A stretch of 60,680 bases of DNA, filler included, from 5 parts of 5 records of this genome joined end to end with filler, not necessarily neighbours in it, one strand, 5' to 3'; positions 30,408 to 40,146 are shown, numbered from the whole stretch's first letter. Notes: generated from the sequence alone by a model not told the origin. Translations and numbers: made by a program.

Positions 30408-32789
30408 GTGAAGCGCAATGTTGCCATAAGGCAAAACAGTCTTCTTATAGTTTATGTTCTGCTACTTTCAACACTTATAGGCGGTCTTAGTGCGGCATTT
30501 GTTGCTAACCACCAGAAAAGACTCGAACATGAGGAAGCACGTCAGGTTAACCTTGAGATGAAACTGGTGTCGGAGTTCATTATGGACTCTCTTATCCGGC
30601 ATGATTACGCTGAAATACGTGAATTTCTCGATAACTGGAGTCAGACAAGAGTGAGCGTAAGAAAGCTGAGGGCGGAGTTTGAGAGTGGCTTTGTGCTGCT
30701 TGATTACGATTCCGGTGCAATATCTGATAATTTAGGGACAACTGTTACTAAGGATCTGAAATTCGGCAAGACCTACTTACGCCTTATTGTAACCCGTGAT
30801 GCTACTTTTCTTGATAATGTTATGGATAGTCTTAAGAGTGAGCTTCTTATACAAGCTGCATTTATTGTTTTGATTATAGGTATAAGCCTTTGGTATATAT
30901 TGACTAAATTTTCTATTAACCCTATGGAGAAAGAGCTTCTTAAAAGGGCGGAAGCTCTGTCTGCCAGTGAGCAACTACATAAGAGTATTACGTCTAATAT
31001 TCCTAACGGTGTTGTTATGCTTTTTAACAGCGGTATGGAGTGCCTTTTCGCTGAAGGGCAGGGGCTTGATGAGATAAGCCTTAAGCTGGAAGAGCTGCAC
31101 GGACAGAAGCTTGATGAGATTTTTGATACAGACTCCACCTATAAGATTAAAGAACTGCTTGTTGATGCTATCAGCGGAAAACAGGTTGAAGATGATATAG
31201 AGATTAAAAATAAAACCTTGTGGTTTCATGCTATACCTCTCCCTTCTGAAAAAAGTAGAGCCGATCGTATTCTTGTTCTTATACAGGATGTTACAGAGAG
31301 CAAAGAGCTAATGAAAGAGATTCTGAGCTCAAGGGAGCAGGCGGAGAGGGCGAATAAAGTGAAATCTGAATTTCTTGCTAACATGTCACATGAAATAAGA
31401 ACTCCGATGAATGCTATCATGGGATATACGGAGCTTTTAAAGAGCGAGCGGGATGAAAAATATAAGAATGATTACCTACTCGGGATAAGCTCGGCTGGGA
31501 AGAATCTTCTGAATATTATCAACGACATACTGGATCTTTCTAAAATTGAAAGTGGCAAACTTAATGTCACCTATGATCCGGTTTCGATAAAAGATATTTC
31601 AAATGACGTAATCACAATGTTTAAAGCTCTGGCGGAAGATAAAGGGCTTGCTCTGAATATTATCTTAGATGATAAATTGCCTGATTATATTTATATGGAT
31701 GAAACAAGACTTAGTCAAATAATGGTTAATCTTATTGGTAATGCAGTAAAATTCACATCTGAAGGATATGTGGAGCTCAGCGTATCCTGTAAAGAAAAGC
31801 CTGATGGAATATATGCTGTCGTTATTAAAGTGAAGGATACCGGTATAGGGATCGACTCTGAGCAGGCTGATAAAATTTTTGAGTCATTCACCCAGCAGGA
31901 TGGTCAGGATACTCGTAAATTTGGCGGAACAGGTCTCGGGCTCACGATTACTAAAAAGCTCACGGATATGATGAACGGAAAGATATATGTTGAGAGTGAT
32001 TCTGGAGAAGGGGCTGTCTTCACTGTTGAGTTTGATTATCTGAAAGCTGCTGTTATCCCGGAAAAAGTGAAACAAAATATTAACGTACCTGACATAGATT
32101 TCGAGCCTTCGACGATACTTGTTGTTGATGATGTAGAATCTAACAGGGCTATCATAAAGAACTTTCTGAGGAACTATTCTGTTACGGTTATAGAGGCGGA
32201 AAATGGTCGTGAGGGGGTTGACCTTGCGAGGAAGCTTTTACCTGATATCATCCTTATGGATATACAGATGCCGCTTATGGACGGTTATGAAGCGTCAACC
32301 AAGATAAGAGGGTTAGAGAGGCTTAATACTGTTCCTATTGTTGCTGTTACAGCATCGGTTTACGGTGCGGACTATGAGGTTAAAGGGAAAATGAACTCAC
32401 TGCTTAGCAAGCCTTTTACAAAAGCGGAATTAATAGGAGAATTATTGAAATATCTACCATATAAAGAGCTCGGTCCACCTATCAGCCATGATGTCAAAAA
32501 TGACGGATATAACCTTTCAGACCTCTCAGCGGGTGATATTGAGCAGATAAGCAAAGTTTTCAGCAGAAGATATGGTGAAATTAGCACCCTTATGATTAAT
32601 CAGGATGTTAAACAATTTGCAAATGATCTTATAGACTTTTCCGACAAAAAAGGTATAATTCAACTCAGGCGCTTTGCTGAATATCTAAAAGATATAGTAG
32701 GCGCTTTTAAAATCGATGAAATGGAAGATACACTTAAAGAATTTGGTAGAGAAATTATAAATAAAGGAGAATTAAATGGAAAGAAATAA
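30408..32789 (+). CDS. Hybrid PAS sensor histidine kinase with receiver domain
   Basis: FLANMSHEIRTP, NLIGNAVKFT, GGTGLGL, REC (VDD, MDIQMP). Confidence 0.95.
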   Translation: MKRNVAIRQNSLLIVYVLLLSTLIGGLSAAFVANHQKRLEHEEARQVNLEMKLVSEFIMDSLIRHDYAEIREFLDNWSQTRVSVRKLRAEFESGFVLLDYDSGAISDNLGTTVTKDLKFGKTYLRLIVTRDATFLDNVMDSLKSELLIQAAFIVLIIGISLWYILTKFSINPMEKELLKRAEALSASEQLHKSITSNIPNGVVMLFNSGMECLFAEGQGLDEISLKLEELHGQKLDEIFDTDSTYKIKELLVDAISGKQVEDDIEIKNKTLWFHAIPLPSEKSRADRILVLIQDVTESKELMKEILSSREQAERANKVKSEFLANMSHEIRTPMNAIMGYTELLKSERDEKYKNDYLLGISSAGKNLLNIINDILDLSKIESGKLNVTYDPVSIKDISNDVITMFKALAEDKGLALNIILDDKLPDYIYMDETRLSQIMVNLIGNAVKFTSEGYVELSVSCKEKPDGIYAVVIKVKDTGIGIDSEQADKIFESFTQQDGQDTRKFGGTGLGLTITKKLTDMMNGKIYVESDSGEGAVFTVEFDYLKAAVIPEKVKQNINVPDIDFEPSTILVVDDVESNRAIIKNFLRNYSVTVIEAENGREGVDLARKLLPDIILMDIQMPLMDGYEASTKIRGLERLNTVPIVAVTASVYGADYEVKGKMNSLLSKPFTKAELIGELLKYLPYKELGPPISHDVKNDGYNLSDLSAGDIEQISKVFSRRYGEISTLMINQDVKQFANDLIDFSDKKGIIQLRRFAEYLKDIVGAFKIDEMEDTLKEFGREIINKGELNGKK

Positions 32790-33273
32790 CGTTGTAACTA
32801 TGAAAGGAAATGCTATCACACTTGTTGGGAACGAAGTTAAAACCGGAGACGCAGCACCTGACTTTACTGTACTTGATCAGGGACTTCAGCCTGTAAAACT
32901 CTCAGACTTCTCAGACAAGACTGTTGTTATTAGTGTAACCCCTTCTGTTGATACACCTGTCTGTGACTTTCAGCTCAGAAAGTTCAACTCAGACGTTGCA
33001 GGCAAAGACGGTGTTGTTGTGATGAATATCAGCATGGATCTCCCTTTTGCACTCAAGCGTTTCTGCTCTGTTGCTGAAATCGAAGACGCTATGGCTCTTA
33101 GTGACTATAGAGATGTTTCTTTCGGTGAGGCTTACGGTCTTGTTATCAAAGAGCTTAGACTTCTTGCGAGAGCTGTATATGTTGTTCAGGGCGGAAAAGT
33201 TACTTATTCTGAAGTGGTTCCAGAGGCTACTGACGCTCCTGATTACGAGAAGCTTGTCGCTTTCCTCGGTTAA
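32776..33273 (+). CDS. tpx: Thiol peroxidase
   Basis: PSVDTPVC, SMDLPFA..RFC, LLARAV. Confidence 0.95.
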   Translation: MERNNVVTMKGNAITLVGNEVKTGDAAPDFTVLDQGLQPVKLSDFSDKTVVISVTPSVDTPVCDFQLRKFNSDVAGKDGVVVMNISMDLPFALKRFCSVAEIEDAMALSDYRDVSFGEAYGLVIKELRLLARAVYVVQGGKVTYSEVVPEATDAPDYEKLVAFLG

Positions 33274-33382
33274 CAAAATGTGCTTACGGCTCTGAAAGGT
33301 CGTTTCTATAAATAGAAAAGTGAGCTTTTGTTTTAGCCGTTAGAAAGATATGTTGCTATATTAATAAAGAGGCAAAGAATAC

Positions 33383-33461
33383 GTCATTCTTAACGCAGTG
33401 AAGAATCTGATACTATTAAATAATCTATGGGATAAGATCCTTCGCATCCGCTCAGGATGAC
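33383..33461. repeat. REP-like inverted-repeat element (GTCATTCT...AGGATGAC type)
   Basis: GTCATTCTTAACGCAGTGAAGAATCT-N26-AGATCCTTCGCATCCGCTCAGGATGAC, imperfect inverted arms. Confidence 0.7.
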
Positions 33462-33486
33462 TATAAAAATATCTTCATAAACAAAT

Positions 33487-33520
33487 AATCCCCGATGTTA
33501 TCTCTGACACCGGGGATTTT
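33487..33520. terminator. Terminator hairpin between convergent tpx and Acr3-like genes
   Basis: AATCCCCGATGT...ACACCGGGGATTTT. Confidence 0.65.
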
Positions 33521-33585
33521 CTCATATCATCTTCAAAAAACAACACGTTTACCGAACGCCTTGGGCTTTTGTGCCCCGTTATTTT

Positions 33586-34596
33586 TTATGCTTTAACGCC
33601 AGCGTGAACTGGTGCTTCTTCTTCACTTTTAAATATTTTCGGAACAATTTTTATATACCACGCAGCAGACTGAATCTGTATCACATAAGCCATTGAGATA
33701 AGCAGCGCAATCGTTGATCCTTCTTTGCCGAATGCTGTCATTGCTATAGCAAGAGCGATCGATAAGTCGCGCATAACAACGCCGAAAACCATAGCGATAG
33801 CATCTTCTCTCTTAAAGAAAATTTTACCGATGATGGTGAGCATCACGTAGGATGAGATATAAAAGAGCGTGAGCGGAATAAGTATGGTTATCAAGTCGCC
33901 TGGGTTCGCTATAATGTTCTTAGCTTTAAGTGACATAGCGACAAAAGCTATCATCGTTACACCTAGAGCCGAGAATGGCGCAAATTTTGGTTTATATTCA
34001 TTCATCCAAGCTTCCTGACCTTTCTGCTTTCTTATATATGTCTGAGTCATCAGACCAGCAGCGAGCGGAACAAAGACGAACAAACATATTTGCCTAAACA
34101 TATGGAGCATATCAACTTCTACATTAGTTCCCATGAAAACTTTTGTGTAGACCGGAGCGGCAAGTGCGCCTATTAAAAGCCCGAAAACGAGCATTTTTGT
34201 CGCTGCTTCCTTATTACCTTTGGCGAAACCTGTCCACGAGATCGTCATTCCGGATGCTGGGAGAACACCTATAAGGAATAGCCCCACTGCCCAGAGTCCA
34301 AATTTGGCTTCGTGACCGGTGAAGAAAACCTTACCTAGTGTATAAACAACTGTAGGAATAAGGATAAAGTTAATAATCTGGGTTATAACCTGAAGTTTTA
34401 CATCGTGTCCTTTAAAGATCGACCTTACATTAAGTGTCGCCATCATAGGATAGACCATTAGGAAAGTAATTGGGATAATGAGCTGCTTTAGAGGCTTAGC
34501 GTCGAATAGATATCCTCCGCCAATTAACCCAAGTATCATAGATATCGGAATAGCCCAGACAAGATTTTTCTGCAATATTGAAAGGTACTTAATCAT
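33586..34596 (-). CDS. Acr3/bile-acid:sodium symporter superfamily transporter
   Basis: FLMVYPMM, WTGFAKGN, MRDLSIALAIA; about 10 TM; GAGG RBS before ATG 34596. Confidence 0.85.
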   Translation of the reverse strand: MIKYLSILQKNLVWAIPISMILGLIGGGYLFDAKPLKQLIIPITFLMVYPMMATLNVRSIFKGHDVKLQVITQIINFILIPTVVYTLGKVFFTGHEAKFGLWAVGLFLIGVLPASGMTISWTGFAKGNKEAATKMLVFGLLIGALAAPVYTKVFMGTNVEVDMLHMFRQICLFVFVPLAAGLMTQTYIRKQKGQEAWMNEYKPKFAPFSALGVTMIAFVAMSLKAKNIIANPGDLITILIPLTLFYISSYVMLTIIGKIFFKREDAIAMVFGVVMRDLSIALAIAMTAFGKEGSTIALLISMAYVIQIQSAAWYIKIVPKIFKSEEEAPVHAGVKA

Positions 34597-34644
34597 TATA
34601 CACCTCATAGTGATATGTAACATCTGTTCATAACCTGTGAGAGT

Positions 34645-34673
34645 ATATTAATATTCGAATATTTATATGTCAA
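34645..34673 (-). promoter_or_regulatory. Promoter of the Acr3-like gene with a palindromic (ArsR/SmtB-like) operator
   Basis: TTGACA-N17-TAATAT on minus; perfect 14-bp palindrome AATATTCGAATATT (34650-34663) over the spacer. Confidence 0.55.
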
Positions 34674-34717
34674 GGGGTAATGGGCATATGCCTGTAAATA
34701 TATAGGTGAAAGATTTG

Positions 34718-35104
34718 TTAAGTCTGTTCAGGCTTGTCTATGAGCTCTTCCAGCTTTCTTTTTAGATTTTTCATCTCATCGAAAAACGCACAGTTGCAAG
34801 ATTCTTCGTCAGTCAGACAGTTCCATTTCACCTGAAGCTCATTCATTTTACCAAGGATTTCAATATGAGAATTATTGCTATATTTTATTATATGAAGTAT
34901 GAACTTGCTAGGTGTTTCCCATATTTGCGAATATTCCCAGTTGCTCTCTTCGACAATGTCAAGGAAACGCCTCATGCGGCATTCGTTGTTTCTGAAATCA
35001 TCACACTCAAATGATTTGCATACGCCTTGAAGTAGTAACTCAGTTGATTCGTCATTAATTTCCAAATTTGAATTATCCGAAACGTTAACAATGTGCTTTT
35101 CCAT
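34718..35104 (-). CDS. Hypothetical Cys-containing protein
   Basis: 128-aa ORF with GAGG RBS; no family recognised. Confidence 0.6.
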   Translation of the reverse strand: MEKHIVNVSDNSNLEINDESTELLLQGVCKSFECDDFRNNECRMRRFLDIVEESNWEYSQIWETPSKFILHIIKYSNNSHIEILGKMNELQVKWNCLTDEESCNCAFFDEMKNLKRKLEELIDKPEQT

Positions 35105-35270
35105 GGCTTCCTCATAAAATAACTAGTAACTGCTGTATGTATAATATTAGATTATAATAAGGATACTTACATGTCAAAGAAATTATAAATTTGTGTATTT
35201 TATATAGTGTTTAATAAACTGAGCTGTCATTGATTTATATTATTCACAGCGAATATATTTATGTAAAGAG

Positions 35271-35316
35271 TGCCGAAGGCGGGAAACGAACCCGCACTTC
35301 CAATGGAAAAGGGATT
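35271..35316 (-). tRNA. 3' half of a tRNA, probably tRNA-Leu, cut by the contig end
   Basis: Minus strand: AA-TCCCT (anticodon stem 3' strand), TTCC-ATT-GGAA (long variable arm), GCGGG-TTCGTTT-CCCGC (T arm), CTTCGGC-A; anticodon not visible; no encoded CCA. Confidence 0.7.
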
Positions 35317-35416
35317 NNNNNNNNNNNNNNNNNNNNNNNNNNNNNNNNNNNNNNNNNNNNTTAATTAATTAANNNNNNNNNNNNNNNNNNNNNNNNNNNN
35401 NNNNNNNNNNNNNNNN
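35317..35416. other. Artificial contig linker
   Basis: N44-TTAATTAATTAA-N44. Confidence 0.99.
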
Positions 35417-35417
35417 A

Positions 35418-35882
35418 GCTCAAGTAGAAGTAGGAACACAAGGAACACTTGAAGCAGCAGGTATGTCAAATCAAAATATTAATATAACAACAGCAGGAAA
35501 TTATAAAGTAAAAGTTGATTTAGCTAATATGACAATAGATGTAGAAACAGTTGATTACTATTTAGTTGGAGCTGTTATAGCAGAAACAACAGGAGTATCA
35601 AGTGCATGGGGAGCAGGAAGTTCAGAGAATGCATTTACTTATTTAGGTGATGATATCTACGAAAAAGAAATAAACATAACTACTGCTGAAACAAAAGAAT
35701 TCCAAATTACAACAGGAGATTGGGCAACGAAATATACAGGTACAGCTCAGGTAGAATTAGGAACACAGGGAAGTCTTGAAGCAGCAGGTATGTCGAATCA
35801 AAGTATTAACTTTACATCAACGGGAGATTACAAAATCACAATTGATTTAGGAGATTTAACGATAGATGTAGCATCAAATTAA
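35418..35882 (+). CDS. C-terminus of a repeat-containing protein with SusE/SusF-like starch-binding modules (5'-truncated)
   Basis: Frame open from the contig edge; 109-aa repeat (327-bp period, 35418 vs 35745); YYLVG..W..F..EFQI..DW..G.YKI.ID pattern. Confidence 0.65.
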   Translation, partial: AQVEVGTQGTLEAAGMSNQNINITTAGNYKVKVDLANMTIDVETVDYYLVGAVIAETTGVSSAWGAGSSENAFTYLGDDIYEKEINITTAETKEFQITTGDWATKYTGTAQVELGTQGSLEAAGMSNQSINFTSTGDYKITIDLGDLTIDVASN

Positions 35883-36155
35883 GTTATCCCTCTATACTTA
35901 ACTCATCCTTAAGTATTAGTCTTATAAAGCATTGGCTGACTGAATTTCTTAGTTCAGTTAGCCTCTGCAAAATATTGTTTTGTTGTTGTAGCACATATTT
36001 ACAAATACAATATTCCCTTTGTAAATATTAAAACATGTAAATTCTATGAGTCAGTGAACACTTTAACCAACCTGTAAATATGTGCTGCAGGATTTAAACA
36101 ATAGATAGGAATAGTGGAAATTTAGAAAATTATTAACTTTAGGAGGAATCAAAAA

Positions 36156-37004
36156 ATGAAAAAAATTATTAAAAATTCAATGTTAATAGCGGCACTTTTA
36201 GCAATCACAGCTTGTTCATCAACTGATGAAGCAGCAAGCGATAATACAGTAGAAACTAAATCAATGGTTTCAACTGGAATGACAGTTTCTTTTGAATATG
36301 AAGATATAACAGGAGATGACAACGGGCCTGGAAATTATACATATCCTTCAAGTAATGTAATGGTTGATAGTGCATTCGATCTGGAAAAATTCACTCTTAC
36401 AGAAGAGGGCGACGAGTATGTATTTACTTTTCAGGTAGGAGCTGATTTCAAAAATGACTATGGAACTGATGATGATTGGGATATACAGTTATTTGATGTA
36501 TATATGAATCTGGGTGAAGGGAAATACAAGCACACTGTAGCAGGTAGACACGTAAAAATAGCTGAAGGTTGGGATAAAGGATTAGTTGTAGCTCCAAATG
36601 GTCCTATGACAGCAAAATACCAAACTAAGAAAAGTCTAAAATACTCTGTAGATGATGAAACAGCAGCTGAGAATTTCATAAGTGATATGTCTGTACCTAA
36701 CTCAAAAGAGCTGGATGGAAATATAGTAATTGCAAGAGTAACAAAAGAAAGAATAGGAGATTTATCAAATCTTCAAAGTATCCAAGTATTCTTATCAGGA
36801 TTCGAAGGAATGGCAATTGAAGAAAACGCTAATATAAGAGACGTAACTGAATATGAAGAAAAATGGAAATTTGGTGGAGGAACACCTTATGAAGGAAATC
36901 CAAATGTAATAGATATCTTAGGCGATAATTCAAAATTAGCTGAGTATGTATCTGAGAAAACTAAAAAAGTTTATCCTTCTGTAAATATGATACCTGTTAA
37001 ATAA
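36156..37004 (+). CDS. Lipoprotein with glucodextranase C-terminal (DOMON-like) domain
   Basis: Lipobox ITAC; DITGDDNGPGNYTYP, FDL..F, Q.FDVY, W.FGGG, PNVIDIL. Confidence 0.85.
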   Translation: MKKIIKNSMLIAALLAITACSSTDEAASDNTVETKSMVSTGMTVSFEYEDITGDDNGPGNYTYPSSNVMVDSAFDLEKFTLTEEGDEYVFTFQVGADFKNDYGTDDDWDIQLFDVYMNLGEGKYKHTVAGRHVKIAEGWDKGLVVAPNGPMTAKYQTKKSLKYSVDDETAAENFISDMSVPNSKELDGNIVIARVTKERIGDLSNLQSIQVFLSGFEGMAIEENANIRDVTEYEEKWKFGGGTPYEGNPNVIDILGDNSKLAEYVSEKTKKVYPSVNMIPVK

Positions 37005-37190
37005 TCAAAATAAAAATTTTCTAAAGGCGGCGCTGGAAATAATATTTCATTAAAACACCCTGACATGTTTTCTAGATAATATGCTGCCTTTAGAGTTTTC
37101 TTATATATGTCAGACAATAGAATTATTTTATTAAATAAAAAGTGAAAAAATAGATTTAGGAATGAAAAACATAAAGAGGTGGGTAAGCAA

Positions 37191-38981
37191 ATGAACGAGA
37201 TTAATAAATTAGCAGTATTTCATCAGGCAAAATCAAATGACTGCTATATATCAACAAAGGATTATGTACATATTAGATTAAAAAGTGCAAAAAATGACTT
37301 AGATAAAGTGGTTTTAGTTTATGGAGATAAGTATGATTGGTCGAGAAGAATGGAAGTTGAGATGAATAAAACTTTCAGAGATTCAGATTATGATTATTTT
37401 GAAGCAAAAGTAACACTTGATTCAAAGAGATTATCTTATTATTTTGAACTATATAAAGATGAGAAATTATATAACTTTACGAATTTTGGATTTTTAGATG
37501 AAGTAGTTCACAGTGAAGCATATCTATTTGTTTTCCATTATCCGTATATTCATAACGAAGAGATGAATGAAACACCTGAGTGGGTAAGAGATGCAATGTT
37601 TTATCAGATTTTCCCTGACAGATTTGAGATAGGTAATCCTGAATTCAAAGATCATGTAAATGCAAAATGGAATGATACACCTAGAGCAGATAGTTTTCAT
37701 GGCGGAGATATCCAGGGTGTAATCAAGAAATTAGATTATCTGGAAGAGTTAGGAATTAATGCAATATATTTTACTCCAATATTCAAATCACCTACAAATC
37801 ATAAATACGATACTATTGACTATATGGAGCTTGATCCTCATTTTGGAACAAAAGAAGATTTTAAAGAATTAGTAGAAAAAGCACATGCTAAAGGTATGAA
37901 AATAATATTGGATGCAGTATTTAACCATACCAGTGAGCAGTTCTTTGCATTCAAAGATATATTAGAAAAGCAAGAAAAATCTGAATATTTAGACTGGTAT
38001 TATGTAAATAAATTCCCAATTGATTTTGATATGTTAGATGCAAGACAAAGAGAAAAAGGATGGATTGATTGGCATCTTGATGAGAAAACAGGAGAAAATT
38101 TACTTAACTATGAATGTTTCGCATTCTGTCACACTATGCCAAAGATTAATCTCTGCCATCCTGATGTACAAGCTTATTTATTAAAGGCTGTTGCATATTG
38201 GACTAGAGAGTTTGAAATTGATGGTTGGAGACTGGATGTATCTGATGAAGCTGCACAATTCTTTTGGAAAGAGTTTAGAAAAACAGTTAAATCAATTAAT
38301 CCGGATGCTTATATAGTAGGAGAATTATGGGCAAATGCTTCACCTTGGTTAAGCGGTGATCAGTTTGACTCTGTAATGAACTATGGTGTTACATATCTTT
38401 GTACTCAATATTTTGCACAGGATAGAATATCACCTGTTAATTTTATGGAGAATATCAGTAAACTATTAATGTCATATCAAAATCAAACAAACGAAGTGAT
38501 GCTTAATTTATTAGACTCACACGATACAGCTAGATTTTTAAATCAATGTGATCATGATGAAAACAAACATCTGCTTGCACTTACTTTCATACTATCATAC
38601 ATTGGAGCACCTATGATCTACTACGGAACTGAAGTTGGTATGGATGGAGAGCATGATCCACATTGTCGAAAAGGTATGGAGTGGAATGAAGAAAATTGGA
38701 ACATGAAATATTATGATAAAATCAAAAAATTAATTGATATTAGACAGAATAACATAGAACTTAGAAGAGGGAAGTTTATTCCTCACTATAGAGAAGATGT
38801 AGTTATGTTTGAAAGAGAATATGAAGGAAATTCAATTTTAGTTGCATTAAATAACTCAGATAAAGAACTAAAGCTAGATTTAGATGAAAAGTATCATAAT
38901 TCAAGAGAATTAACAACTGAACTTGTAGTTAGTAATTATATCACACTACCTCCTATGCAAGCTGTGATAGTTAAAAAATAG
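37191..38981 (+). CDS. GH13 neopullulanase/cyclomaltodextrinase
   Basis: N-terminal CBM34-like domain, YQIFPDRF, DAVFNH, GWRLDV, GELW, LLDSHD. Confidence 0.95.
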   Translation: MNEINKLAVFHQAKSNDCYISTKDYVHIRLKSAKNDLDKVVLVYGDKYDWSRRMEVEMNKTFRDSDYDYFEAKVTLDSKRLSYYFELYKDEKLYNFTNFGFLDEVVHSEAYLFVFHYPYIHNEEMNETPEWVRDAMFYQIFPDRFEIGNPEFKDHVNAKWNDTPRADSFHGGDIQGVIKKLDYLEELGINAIYFTPIFKSPTNHKYDTIDYMELDPHFGTKEDFKELVEKAHAKGMKIILDAVFNHTSEQFFAFKDILEKQEKSEYLDWYYVNKFPIDFDMLDARQREKGWIDWHLDEKTGENLLNYECFAFCHTMPKINLCHPDVQAYLLKAVAYWTREFEIDGWRLDVSDEAAQFFWKEFRKTVKSINPDAYIVGELWANASPWLSGDQFDSVMNYGVTYLCTQYFAQDRISPVNFMENISKLLMSYQNQTNEVMLNLLDSHDTARFLNQCDHDENKHLLALTFILSYIGAPMIYYGTEVGMDGEHDPHCRKGMEWNEENWNMKYYDKIKKLIDIRQNNIELRRGKFIPHYREDVVMFEREYEGNSILVALNNSDKELKLDLDEKYHNSRELTTELVVSNYITLPPMQAVIVKK

Positions 38982-39008
38982 TCTGTTTTACACGCTTGAA
39001 TAATTAAG

Positions 39009-39041
39009 AAAAGACTCGAAGATTTAATCTTCGAGTCTTTT
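39009..39041. terminator. Bidirectional intrinsic terminator
   Basis: AAAAGACTCGAAGATT-T-AATCTTCGAGTCTTTT perfect inverted repeat between convergent genes. Confidence 0.9.
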
Positions 39042-39071
39042 TAGTTTTTGCAAAAGTCCTGTTTTTATTGG

Positions 39072-39905
39072 TTAATCTATTTTAGTTTCATCAATCTCTT
39101 TTTCCTCATCCATTTCAGCTTTGGCTGCAGCCTCATGAGTAGAGCCAATTAAAATCTCTTTTTCAAGTTCTCCCGGAAATTTTTGAAATAATTTTGCAAG
39201 ATAGATATCATGATGAATATGTTCAGCAATAATCTTAGCATAAATTGGATTGTTAGAAAAATTACCTACAAAATGGTGGTTGTCTACATTTACACCAATT
39301 AATACATTTTCACTGTCACTAACCATCATAAATCTATTAATAATAGGATTAAGCATCTCATCACTTCTATAATATAGCTCAACGTCTAAACCATAAGTGT
39401 TTTGCTTAGCAAATGAAAAGATGATTACTCTAACTCCTCTTTTAATTACTTCATCAATTTCTTGATAAAAGGTTTTAAGATCAAGATCAGTATTAATACA
39501 TAATTCAGAGTTAGATTTTAGAATTAATTCTTTTGCTTTAGTGACGATATTTTGATATCCTTCAATATTGTAGAAATATTTAGTATCTTCAACACTTTCA
39601 AATTGTTTTAGTTCTCTCTTTAGATATTGTGTATTTTCAATATACTCTTTTTCTAACTCTTCCATCATGATATTTACATCTTTAGCTTTGTATTCTTTAT
39701 TCTGTGATGGAACCAAGAACAGATATCCTCTGTTGTATAGCGAGTCAATTGCCTGATATACAGTTGATCTTGATAAATTCAACTCCTTTGCAATTTTGTA
39801 TCCACTTGATACACCGTTCTTTAAGAAATATACATATGTTAAACTCTCGGTTTTAGTTAATCCGAATCTCATTAATTTATCAATAATTTTATCTAAATTA
39901 ATCAT
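39072..39905 (-). CDS. TrmB-family sugar-sensing transcriptional regulator
   Basis: FGLTKTES..Y, SGYKIAKELNLSRSTVY winged HTH; C-terminal effector domain (RGVRVII). Confidence 0.9.
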   Translation of the reverse strand: MINLDKIIDKLMRFGLTKTESLTYVYFLKNGVSSGYKIAKELNLSRSTVYQAIDSLYNRGYLFLVPSQNKEYKAKDVNIMMEELEKEYIENTQYLKRELKQFESVEDTKYFYNIEGYQNIVTKAKELILKSNSELCINTDLDLKTFYQEIDEVIKRGVRVIIFSFAKQNTYGLDVELYYRSDEMLNPIINRFMMVSDSENVLIGVNVDNHHFVGNFSNNPIYAKIIAEHIHHDIYLAKLFQKFPGELEKEILIGSTHEAAAKAEMDEEKEIDETKID

Positions 39906-40023
39906 TTATCCACTCCCTTTTTCTTGCTATCAACATTAAATTATAGCAGATAGAAGAGAGCTTTGTCAATTAATATAAGTTAAGAAAAGCTTGAAAACAA
40001 TAGAGTTTGGAAAGTTAAATACA

Positions 40024-40068
40024 AACACTCTACAGAGTAGTCTTGAATATACTACTCTGTAGAGTGTT
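40024..40068. repeat. Perfect 18-bp inverted repeat (operator or terminator)
   Basis: AACACTCTACAGAGTAGT-N9-ACTACTCTGTAGAGTGTT. Confidence 0.8.
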
Positions 40069-40146
40069 GAGTTAAAAATAGAAGTAAAATAATTTTTTAG
40101 TAAAAATAAAATATACAGATAAAAAAATCAACTGGGTTAAGCGTTT

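Noticed and set aside
35418-35882. 327-bp direct repeat as a mobile or non-coding repeat
   Set aside because: In-frame protein domain duplication (109 aa) with synonymous divergence.
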